Positions 16,124-23,575 of a DNA stretch of 43,634 bases are shown in pieces. Source of the stretch: an uncultured Candidatus Saccharibacteria bacterium (lineage in GTDB: Bacteria; Patescibacteriota; WWE3; 9FT-COMBO-53-11). Where the stretch lies: assembly GCA_964413845.1 (NCBI GenBank), contig CAYPTJ010000032.1:1-43634 (forward strand). Reading direction: 5' to 3'. The translations under genes were made by a program, and so were the position numbers. Every line of letters begins with the position of its first letter. Positions within the stretch are counted from its first letter, which is position 1. The notes below the pieces were generated by a model. The model saw only the letters and a list, made by a program, of their open reading frames with translations, did not search any database and had not been told where the DNA came from.

Positions 16124-17830
16124 TCAAGCAAGCTCTGATTCCTCCCCCGTTGCTTGGGGCGGGGGGGTGACTTTAGCTAAGCCAGGAAGCCTGCTACTAA
16201 GTTCATGAATCAGCGAAAGCTCCTTAATCCTTAAAAGTTTCGCCGCAAGAAGATAAACTGCAATTCCAACTGCCGCTACAACCACAGTGAGAATAATTAC
16301 ATTTACCGTGTAGCGAGTATCGAGGACAAACTTCTCAAACCTTTCTGGTAGCGTGAGGTAGCCAAGAAAAGAGAGACGTCTGTCCCAGGCACTCCGGTCC
16401 AGAACCTTAAGAAGAACATACATCGTTCCTCCAGAGAAAAAAGAAGCAATCCCCACTTTCAAAAGCGGGTAGATCATCTGCCAAAGGGCTATCCCTGCTT
16501 TTGCGGCAAGAAGGCAGGCTAAAACGACCATCTGCAAAATATTAGCCAAGGCAAAAGCGAAGGCAATCCCCCATACCGGTGTTTTAAGAACCAAAATAAA
16601 ACATGCTGAAAGTGTGATATTCACCAAAACTGTTCCCACTCCCACTTTTACCGGGGTCAAAGTATCCGAGAGCGCATAAAAGCTTTTTACCAAAAGAGAG
16701 GTAAGAGCTTGAGCAACAATTCCCACCGCAAAGGCCGAAAGGGCGTAGCCGGTGGCAACGGTAGATTCCCACGTGAAGCGGCGAGTTCCAAAGGCAAGCC
16801 GAACTGCGGGAACTCTAAGGATAATAAGAGCGACCGCAAAAAAGGCAACCAGAAAGATTATCTGTCTAAAGGTTGTTAAAAATGTCTCTCGGAATTGCTT
16901 TAGGTTTTTCTGTTGATAAGAAAGGGCAGGTAAAGCGGCGTCGGCCAACGAAGTCCCAAAGAGGGAAACGGGAATCGTCGCCAGGTGAGAAGCAAAAGTG
17001 AAGTAACCATATGAGGCGGTTGAGATAAGAGAAGAGAAAAAAAGATCAGAGGTCTCCAAAATCTGCCAAAATCCAATCTCCAATGTTCTTGGGGCAGCAA
17101 GGTTGATAATTTTCCTTACCCCCGGATGAAAGATATTTAAAGAGGGTGTAAACCGAAACCCAAGGTGAAAAGCAAGGGGAAGATGAATTGCAAAATAGAT
17201 AAAAGCACCCCCAACCGCCCCCCACACGGGGGCATAAATTCCTAGCTTTCCAGCAAGAAGAAAGATGCCAGCAATGATTCCTAGATTGTAAAAAAGAGGG
17301 GCAATCGCTGGAACTAAAAACCGCTGAAAGGATTTAAGGATACCGGTAAGAAAGAGAGAAAGGACAAAAAATCCTTGGGCGATAAGAAGGATTCTTGTCA
17401 TCGAAGCCATCAACCCAAGCTCTTCCACCGAAAAACCGGGAGCAAGAAGCCGTGAGAAAGGATAAGCAAAGAAGAAGATGATCGCTGCTAAAGCCAAGAA
17501 GAAGATAAGAGTAAGGTTCATTACTGTTGCGGTCACTTCCCAAGCTTCCTTCTTTTTTCCTTTTGAAATATAAGAGATAAAGGTGGGAATAAAGGCTGCC
17601 GAGAGCGTCCCCAAAATAAGAATTTCAAAAAGAGTGTCAGGAAGACGGAAGGCAGCGAAATAAAGCCCAATTTTGCTCTCACTAAAAAACTGGGCTAAGG
17701 CTCTATCCCGAACAAGCCCCAGAATCCTCGAGGCAAGAGTGAAGATCGACAAAAGCACTGCCGCCGAGAGAATATCCGGCTGCTTTCGATAAAAGGGTTG
17801 CAAAATTGAGCTGAGTGCTCGGCGAAGCAC
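16124..17830 (-). CDS. murJ: Lipid II flippase MurJ/MviN.
   Basis: 568 aa, about 14 TM. N-terminus AAVLLSIFTLASRILGLVRDRALAQFF is typical of MurJ. GTG start. Confidence 0.85.
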   Translation of the reverse strand: MLRRALSSILQPFYRKQPDILSAAVLLSIFTLASRILGLVRDRALAQFFSESKIGLYFAAFRLPDTLFEILILGTLSAAFIPTFISYISKGKKKEAWEVTATVMNLTLIFFLALAAIIFFFAYPFSRLLAPGFSVEELGLMASMTRILLIAQGFFVLSLFLTGILKSFQRFLVPAIAPLFYNLGIIAGIFLLAGKLGIYAPVWGAVGGAFIYFAIHLPLAFHLGFRFTPSLNIFHPGVRKIINLAAPRTLEIGFWQILETSDLFFSSLISTASYGYFTFASHLATIPVSLFGTSLADAALPALSYQQKNLKQFRETFLTTFRQIIFLVAFFAVALIILRVPAVRLAFGTRRFTWESTVATGYALSAFAVGIVAQALTSLLVKSFYALSDTLTPVKVGVGTVLVNITLSACFILVLKTPVWGIAFAFALANILQMVVLACLLAAKAGIALWQMIYPLLKVGIASFFSGGTMYVLLKVLDRSAWDRRLSFLGYLTLPERFEKFVLDTRYTVNVIILTVVVAAVGIAVYLLAAKLLRIKELSLIHELSSRLPGLAKVTPPPQATGEESELA

Positions 17831-17853
17831 ATCAAAATGCTAACATAATATCG

Positions 17854-17912
17854 CTAGGGTCTAGGGGTTAGGGTCCTTGAAACTCCAGTCGCTAATCGCT
17901 AAACCCTATTCG
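17854..17912. repeat. Heptamer arrays upstream of rpsT.
   Basis: ctagggt/ctagggg/ttagggt, then gtcgcta/atcgcta/aacccta/ttcgc. The arms are partially inverted (tagggt versus acccta). Confidence 0.5.
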
Positions 17913-17920
17913 CAAAAAAG

Positions 17921-18151
17921 ATGCCTCACCTTAAAAGTGCTGCAAAACGTTTGCGGCAGAGCCGTAAACGGGAAATAGGAAACAAAAAAATTAAAAACCA
18001 GATCGAAAGGTTAGTGAAAAAAGCACGAAGTGCAAAAAACCTCTCCACCATCTATAAGGCAATTGATAAGGCGGTCAAGCGTAAAATCTTTCACCCAAAT
18101 AAAGCCGCGAGGATGAAACAGATGTTGAGTAAGAGATTAGCCGCTAAATGA
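17921..18151 (+). CDS. rpsT: 30S ribosomal protein S20.
   Basis: MPHLKSAAKRLRQSRKREIGNKKIKNQI..., 76 aa and basic. Confidence 0.9.
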   Translation: MPHLKSAAKRLRQSRKREIGNKKIKNQIERLVKKARSAKNLSTIYKAIDKAVKRKIFHPNKAARMKQMLSKRLAAK

Positions 18152-18247
18152 TTGTTGAGGGAGGCGCAAGAAACCAATTTCGAGGAACCCTCCAGAGGCG
18201 GGCAGGCATCCCGCAGATCCTTGGCGAGGGTTTTCCCAAAGCGAAGT

Positions 18248-18362
18248 CCCGCAGTGTCTGAGCCAACCACCCGCCAGAGGCGGGACGGAGGTACAGGAAG
18301 AAGCAGGGCAAGGAAACCCCTCACTCCCGTACCGAAGCCTGAAAGGTTGGCAAGTTTGCAGG
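18248..18362 (+). ncRNA. Candidate structured RNA or conserved intergenic element, copy 1.
   Basis: About 115-nt core with nested stems: P0 cccgca/tgcagg, P1 gccaacc/ggttggc, hairpin cccgcc-aga-ggcggg, P3 ggtacagg/cccgtacc. It shares a perfect 30-mer (ggtacaggaagaagcagggcaaggaaaccc) with copy 2. It lies in the implausible N-terminal extension of ORF 18152..18970. Confidence 0.4.
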
Positions 18363-18421
18363 ACGAGAGTAGGGAAACCCGAGCAAGCACCTCCGAGAAA
18401 TTCGGTTTCCGAGCCAAAACT

Positions 18422-18970
18422 ATGGAGAAAAAAGGCATTGAACTATTAGAAAAGGCTCCACCGTCAAAGCTCAAGCAAACAATTGTTGCAACCACAAAGA
18501 AAGTTGGATTACCTCTGGCAATTGCGATCCAGCTTATCTTTCTAACCCTCCTCGGTTTTTACTTCAAGTTAAATTGGGACCTTAATGCTCTTTCTGCCTC
18601 AATCGACGAGAAAGAAACCGTTCTTGAGCAAGGGAAAGAGTTAGAAACTCTCTTCCGCCGAACCCAAAATAAACTCGAAACGATTGCCGCTGTTAAAGAG
18701 GATTTTTGTTATCCCTGCGCCTTAAAAATCCTTGGGAAGATCACTCCCGCCTTGGTTAACTTCAACACAGTCATAATCGAAGGTGAAAAACTTTCGATTG
18801 TCGCTGAAACCTTCCATGGGCCCTCCTTGGCGCTTTTTGTTGCAAACCTTCTTGAGGAGAAGGCGATTAAAGAAGTGGTCATTACCTCCGGAAGCTTAAG
18901 CGAGGATGGACGTTTTAACTTTACGATGGAGCTGTGGTTTAACAAAGCAGAGGTAACCCAAAATGACTGA
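18422..18970 (+). CDS. Type IV pilus assembly protein PilN-like.
   Basis: Start taken at MEKKGIELL (ATG 18422). Short N-terminus, one TM (LPLAIAIQLIFLTLLGFYF) and a coiled segment. C-terminal pattern: VNFNTVIIEGEKLSIVAETFHGPSLALFVANLLEEKAIKEVVI...FNFTMELWF. Confidence 0.6.
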   Translation: MEKKGIELLEKAPPSKLKQTIVATTKKVGLPLAIAIQLIFLTLLGFYFKLNWDLNALSASIDEKETVLEQGKELETLFRRTQNKLETIAAVKEDFCYPCALKILGKITPALVNFNTVIIEGEKLSIVAETFHGPSLALFVANLLEEKAIKEVVITSGSLSEDGRFNFTMELWFNKAEVTQND

Positions 18971-19511
18971 TCGTTTTTGGAAGGTAAAAAGTTTTCTTCC
19001 TCCGTATCTTGTTTCGATTCTCGCCCTTTTCTCTATTCTTATTTTTGGAATCTGGGGAATAAGACCGCTATTTTTTAATGTTACCTCCCTATACTCGACG
19101 CTGAAACATGGAGAAACTTATGAGGCAGCTTTAACCGCGAAGATCATCGCCCTTAAAGAAGGGAAGGAAAACCTCGCACAAATTGCCGCAAAGATGAAGA
19201 TAATCAACGAAGCTGTCCCTGATGATCCAGCGCAGGCAGAGCTGATTGAAGAGCTCTCAGTTGATGGAGGAAGAACAGGGTTCTCATTCACCAGTATCTT
19301 TTTCAAAGGAAGGGAAACTGGGGATGAAATTGGTTCGGAAAGCTTTGAATGCTCCCTTCGAGGAAGCTCAACGGGACTGACCCGTTTTTTAGAGGAACTT
19401 ACCAAAAAGCGGCTGGTGAAGATCGAGTCGGTTCAGTACACTCGAAGGGCAGCAGAAGGAGGAGATATCCTTGAGATAACCTTACGCGGACGAAGCTTTT
19501 ACCATGAGTAA
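18963..19511 (+). CDS. Type IV pilus assembly protein PilO-like.
   Basis: N-terminal TM and a coiled region. C-terminal pattern: FECSLRGSSTGLTRFLEELTKKRLVKIESVQY...LEITLRGRSFY. Overlaps the pilN-like gene by 8 nt. Confidence 0.6.
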   Translation: MTDRFWKVKSFLPPYLVSILALFSILIFGIWGIRPLFFNVTSLYSTLKHGETYEAALTAKIIALKEGKENLAQIAAKMKIINEAVPDDPAQAELIEELSVDGGRTGFSFTSIFFKGRETGDEIGSESFECSLRGSSTGLTRFLEELTKKRLVKIESVQYTRRAAEGGDILEITLRGRSFYHE

Positions 19512-19674
19512 AGATCTGGCAGCGATCCTTATCCTTACCTTAATCACTTTTTTTGCCTGGGTAGGATTTCGGGGGATGGTTCTTTTGCGCAAAACTCCGC
19601 AACCTTCTTTTATTGGAAAGACTGTTGAACCACTAAACCCCCAGCTTCGGGTAGATATCATTGAAAAACTTTAA
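19504..19674 (+). CDS. Small single-TM protein (56 aa) coupled to the pilO-like gene; not in the ORF track.
   Basis: MSKDLAAILILTLITFFAWVGFRGMVLLRKTPQPSFIGKTVEPLNPQLRVDIIEKL. Its ATG overlaps the upstream stop (atgagtaa). Confidence 0.35.
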   Translation: MSKDLAAILILTLITFFAWVGFRGMVLLRKTPQPSFIGKTVEPLNPQLRVDIIEKL

Positions 19675-20384
19675 GAGGTCAGCTTCCTGATAAGAAGATC
19701 AAAGGTAACCGCATCGCCCTTGCCTTTTTTAATATTTAAGTCTTCCTTAAGAAGTAGGGAGAAGGCACAGGCAAGCTCTTCTTCTGTAAAATTTCTCTCC
19801 AACCGCTGCAACTTTTCCAGAACATAAGGATGAAATCCCTTTTTTACTTTTCCTTTTACCTTTGCAAGATTTCTCATCTGCCAGACCACCATCGTCAAAA
19901 GAAAATGAACATCTTCTCCTGACTTTATCAGGCGATGGGCTTGCGCGAAAGCTTTCTTTCTATCCTTCGCAACCAAAGCGTCAAGAAAAGGAAAGGCATT
20001 TTTTGGAACCTCCTCGCGAAAGTAGAGGATCTTTAACTGCCGGTCGTGGGGAAGCTTCTCTGGTGGAATTTTTTCAGCAAAGATAAGCGCGACATCCTTG
20101 TCACCCGCTTTAATAAGCTCCATTAATTTTGACAATTCAGCAAGGGGGGGCTCCTCAATAATCACCAACTCCCGCCTACCGGCGGGTAGGCTTTTTTGAC
20201 TGAAGAGGGTCGGTGAGGCAAGATACATAGAGAGTTCTGCAAACCCTCCCTTGCCCTGCCCGTCCGGCAGGTGGGCAACGGGCAGGTCTTTCTCCCAAAA
20301 AACCGCCTCCTCGTATCCCTTTTTGAGTTCAAGCAAGGCATCCCGCAGGGCCGGTTGGTTTTCCCCGTGAAAGAGATAAATCAT
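19671..20384 (-). CDS. holA: DNA polymerase III delta subunit-like (HolA).
   Basis: N-terminus MIYLFHGENQPALRDALLELKK and the overall length and helical C-terminal half resemble compact HolA proteins. Contains two GC-rich hairpin-encoded loops. Confidence 0.5.
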   Translation of the reverse strand: MIYLFHGENQPALRDALLELKKGYEEAVFWEKDLPVAHLPDGQGKGGFAELSMYLASPTLFSQKSLPAGRRELVIIEEPPLAELSKLMELIKAGDKDVALIFAEKIPPEKLPHDRQLKILYFREEVPKNAFPFLDALVAKDRKKAFAQAHRLIKSGEDVHFLLTMVVWQMRNLAKVKGKVKKGFHPYVLEKLQRLERNFTEEELACAFSLLLKEDLNIKKGKGDAVTFDLLIRKLTS

Positions 20385-21466
20385 TCAAACAGCAGCTCCC
20401 GCACCGCTTTGTGGATCGCATCAAAGTTTCCTCCTTTGGGGACAAGGATATAGGCGCCACCGTAAAGGGAAGGTTTTCCCACATAGGTTAGCTTGCTCTC
20501 TGGATCGAGGACCAAAGTTTTGACCTCCTCCAGATCTTGAAAGTTGTAAAGGAGTTCCAAAGCCCGCTGCGTCTCGCCCAAAGAGGCGTTCATCTTGATC
20601 GTTTTCGTGAGTTGGTTGTAAAGTTTAATCACCTTCCCCGGATTAAGGAGTAAAGAGAGAGAGAGAATCTTGTCCTTCACCGCCAGGATAACTTTCTGCT
20701 GACGCCGTACCCGGGCAAAGTCAGAACCTTCTCCTCCGGCGATTCCCCTCCGCGAACGGCTGTACTTCAAGGCCCGCTCCCCGTTCATCTTCTGGCAACC
20801 TTTATCAAAATGGAGATGCTCATAGCGCTGAGAGAGCGGGGCGTTCTCCTTTCCCGGAACGGGATAACCATAGTCGTCGAAGGTCCGCTCGACACAAACC
20901 TCAATCCCACCGAGAGTATCAATAATCTCCTTAAAGCCTTCAAAGCCCACCACTACCCAGTAATGAAGGGGGATTCCCAAAACCTGCTCAACCATCTTTT
21001 TGGCCGCTTCCACTCCCTTCCCCTCATCAATCTTTCCGTTTAGCTGCACCGCTGCGAAAGCGTAAGCGGAGTTAATCTTTCCTTGACCACCGGTTGCGAA
21101 AGAAACCCAAAGATCACGAGGGATAGAGATTAAAGCGGGGTCCCCCCCGCTTAGGGAGAAGGAACCAACAAGAATTGTATCGGTGTTAAGCAGGCCACCA
21201 TTGGCACGGGTATCCAAGCCCAAGATTAAAGCATTCACCCGTCCATCAGTTTCTTTGAGCTTGGTGGGATTGATAAGGCGGGCTACAAACGAGATTGGGG
21301 AAAAAAGGGCAGTTAAAAGATCGCCTTGCCAGAGAACAAAACCGCCCCCCAGAAGAGAAAGCAGCACAAGGAAACCAACGATCAATCCAATCTTTTTTAA
21401 GCGGCGGCGCTTTTTAATTTGTCGCTCCTGGTCAAGATCAAGGTTGTGCATCAAAGTAATTTTCAC
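20381..21466 (-). CDS. LytR-CpsA-Psr (LCP) family cell-wall polymer ligase.
   Basis: N-terminal TM, then VNALILGLDTRANGGLLNTDTILVGSF...ISIPRDLWV...INSAYA. Confidence 0.85.
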   Translation of the reverse strand: MKITLMHNLDLDQERQIKKRRRLKKIGLIVGFLVLLSLLGGGFVLWQGDLLTALFSPISFVARLINPTKLKETDGRVNALILGLDTRANGGLLNTDTILVGSFSLSGGDPALISIPRDLWVSFATGGQGKINSAYAFAAVQLNGKIDEGKGVEAAKKMVEQVLGIPLHYWVVVGFEGFKEIIDTLGGIEVCVERTFDDYGYPVPGKENAPLSQRYEHLHFDKGCQKMNGERALKYSRSRRGIAGGEGSDFARVRRQQKVILAVKDKILSLSLLLNPGKVIKLYNQLTKTIKMNASLGETQRALELLYNFQDLEEVKTLVLDPESKLTYVGKPSLYGGAYILVPKGGNFDAIHKAVRELLFE

Positions 21467-23075
21467 AATAGATCTTAATCATTTGTCTCAACTTCCCTTC
21501 CTCCAAAAGACCGTGGGGGGAAGGGACAGAAAAAAACCTCGCTGGGATTTTAACATGATGAGGATTAAAGCCTGATCTTTTCTGAAGAGAAAGCTTTTGG
21601 GCAAAAATCTTCTCAACCGTATCTTCTAATTCTTCATGGCCCACCCCAGCCCCAACCCTCTCAAGAGCCGCAAAAGCAGTCGCCGTCTCTTCAAACACAA
21701 GAGAGAGATAACCACACCCGATCAAAAGCTGAGAAAGGATCTTCTTCTTTTCCTCCGCCACAAGCGCCGTGACAACCAATGCGGGATCCAGTTCTCCTTT
21801 AAGAAGATCAAGATCCAAAAGGAATCCCCGATTCTCCTCAGATGTAGCGGAAAGCGATAAAACTTGAGAGAGAATACTGGCATAACCGTTAAAATACGGG
21901 AGAAACTCCATCCCCCCCAACGTTAAGGCAAATTCTGCACCGCCAAGCTGCTTCACTCCCTCATCCAACCCCAACCCAAGAGCTTTCGCCCAATCTTCCT
22001 TCCCGTCCAAAAGGGCATCAACCAGCGTTAAATAAGTTTCAACATCACCAAAAGAGAGCTTCTCTTTTTCTGTAAGATAAGCCAGAATCACACCAAGCGA
22101 GGTGGGATCAAGACCAACCCGGTAAGCAATAGACAAAAGTTGAACCACCTCTTCTTTAGATGTAAGGCCAAGGAGAGGACCCAAAGCGACAACGCTTTCA
22201 AAGTCGTATGGAACGTAGTTTTTATCATGTAGAACCAGATGGAGGCAACCTACAGGACATCCATCGCAAGAAAGTCGGGCAGGACTGGTAAGGGACTCCA
22301 CCAACTGGTTTTGATCTTCAAAGTTTGGTTCATTGAGATTTTCAAAAGGAACACCGGAGATCTTTCTTTCAACCTCAAGATTCTTTAACGTCCCTCGTCG
22401 CTCCAGCTCTTCAAATCCCTGAACCTTTGACAAAAGTAGGGAGAAGATCTCCTCATACTGCTTAAGGGTTCCAAGATCTTCCTCCCCGGAGGAAGAAACA
22501 ACCAATCCTTTCAGCCTTCTTTGGCTAAAAGCCGTTCCCAAACCCCCTCGGGGAAAGGCGAAAAATTCATCAATATAAAGAGGGGAGAAGGTGATCCCCT
22601 GCTCGGCTGCAAGCCCGGTTGCAAGAACGGATCTTTGTCCCGGCACTCCTTCTGAGGAAAGGAGGAGATCAAAAACCTGCCCCGTTTCTTTGTTCATTAA
22701 ATACGCCCCATCCTTAAAAAGAGCTTGCTCTTTATCTAGATTGATAATCACTGGCTTCTCCGCTGCTCCTTTAATCACTACAGCTTGGTATCCCGCAAAC
22801 CGCAAGGAGCGGGCAAGATGTCCTCCGCCTAAGGCGGTGGTAAGAAAACCGTTTTGAGGAGAACGAAAAACGGCAATTGTCTTTGAACAACCGGGAATGA
22901 TCCCGCTTAAAGGACCAATCGCAAAAACGATCGGATCTTCTTCCAGGTACTCTTCAAAAAGCGCCAAGGCCCAACCCAACCCCCCAACCCAAGGAGCAAG
23001 ATCCTCATGGGTTCGAACCTCAAAGGATTGGTTAGTTAGATCAAGGTGTAGAACCGTTGGGGGGTGGTGGGCCAT
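21438..23075 (-). CDS. Aldehyde:ferredoxin oxidoreductase (AOR) family protein.
   Basis: The N-terminal AFOR_N pattern is WVGGLGWALALFEEY...IVFAIGPLSG. The Fe-S ligand motif is CDGCPVGC (CxxCxxxC). At 545 aa it is somewhat shorter than classical AORs. Confidence 0.8.
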   Translation of the reverse strand: MAHHPPTVLHLDLTNQSFEVRTHEDLAPWVGGLGWALALFEEYLEEDPIVFAIGPLSGIIPGCSKTIAVFRSPQNGFLTTALGGGHLARSLRFAGYQAVVIKGAAEKPVIINLDKEQALFKDGAYLMNKETGQVFDLLLSSEGVPGQRSVLATGLAAEQGITFSPLYIDEFFAFPRGGLGTAFSQRRLKGLVVSSSGEEDLGTLKQYEEIFSLLLSKVQGFEELERRGTLKNLEVERKISGVPFENLNEPNFEDQNQLVESLTSPARLSCDGCPVGCLHLVLHDKNYVPYDFESVVALGPLLGLTSKEEVVQLLSIAYRVGLDPTSLGVILAYLTEKEKLSFGDVETYLTLVDALLDGKEDWAKALGLGLDEGVKQLGGAEFALTLGGMEFLPYFNGYASILSQVLSLSATSEENRGFLLDLDLLKGELDPALVVTALVAEEKKKILSQLLIGCGYLSLVFEETATAFAALERVGAGVGHEELEDTVEKIFAQKLSLQKRSGFNPHHVKIPARFFSVPSPHGLLEEGKLRQMIKIYCENYFDAQP

Positions 23076-23077
23076 TT

Positions 23078-23317
23078 TTATTCTTCGGCAATCTCAAAAC
23101 AATTGGCAGGACAGATATCGCGAATCTCCTTGTAATCTGTCTTTTGGCCATAGTCAATGACCGCTTTGAAACGGGGTTGGCCAGGTTTAACTTTTCGAAT
23201 CTGAATAAGAGAATCCGAGTACGAGAGCTTACCTTTTGTCACTCGGGAGGCAACCAACTCGCAAAGTCCACAACCAATACAATCCTCCATTCTTGCCGCT
23301 TTGAGGATTTTCGCCAT
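23078..23317 (-). CDS. Small [4Fe-4S] ferredoxin.
   Basis: CIGCGLCE (CxxCxxC) plus a distal CPANC. Its stop lies 2 nt before the AOR start. Start taken at MAKIL; a GTG at 23338 is an alternative. Confidence 0.65.
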   Translation of the reverse strand: MAKILKAARMEDCIGCGLCELVASRVTKGKLSYSDSLIQIRKVKPGQPRFKAVIDYGQKTDYKEIRDICPANCFEIAEE

Positions 23318-23340
23318 CTCAAGAGATAAGGGTATCACAT

Positions 23341-23375
23341 TAAGTGATTAGTAATAAGTGATAAGTGATTAGCGA
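23341..23375. repeat. Heptamer array upstream of the ferredoxin-AOR operon.
   Basis: taagtga/ttagtaa/taagtga/taagtga/ttagcga. Confidence 0.55.
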
Positions 23376-23413
23376 ACAGGAGAAAGGGCGAGGGATTTTG
23401 AGAAAGCGCAGCG

Positions 23414-23527
23414 TTGCAGTGTCTGAGCCAACCCCGAGCGCAAGTCGAGGGGAGAAGGTACAGGAAGAAGCAGGGCAAGGAAACCCTTCGCTCCTGTACT
23501 AAAGCCTAAAGGTTGGCGAGTTTGCAA
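23414..23527 (+). ncRNA. Candidate structured RNA or conserved intergenic element, copy 2.
   Basis: Same architecture as 18248..18362: P0 ttgca/tgcaa, P1 gccaacc/ggttggc, a hairpin of different sequence closed on a gcaa loop, and P3 ggtacagg/cctgtact. Same + orientation. Confidence 0.4.
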
Positions 23528-23575
23528 GCGAGAACTTGAAATCCCGAGCCTGAGGCCTAGCCGTGAGCCAAAGGC

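Noticed and set aside
18290-18315. Possible SRP RNA (4.5S) domain IV, because ggtacaGGAAGAAGCAGGGCAAGG resembles E. coli GGUCCGGAAGGAAGCAGCCAAGGCAG.
   Set aside because: The flanking sequence cannot form the helix 8 pairing around a GGAA tetraloop. The best-supported stems differ, and the element is present twice. The similarity is probably purine-rich coincidence, but a cmscan should still be run.
18152-18421. The 90-aa N-terminal extension of ORF 18152..18970 (MLREAQETNF...SRARKPLTPVPKPERL...).
   Set aside because: It is Arg/Pro-rich with no membrane or PilN features. The DNA is the conserved repeated element also found in non-coding context at 23.4 kb. A normal start (MEKKGIELL, ATG 18422) precedes the TM helix.
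23003-23020. A tRNA T-arm-like string, gggttcgaacctc.
   Set aside because: It lies inside the AOR coding sequence. No acceptor, D or anticodon stems can be drawn around it.
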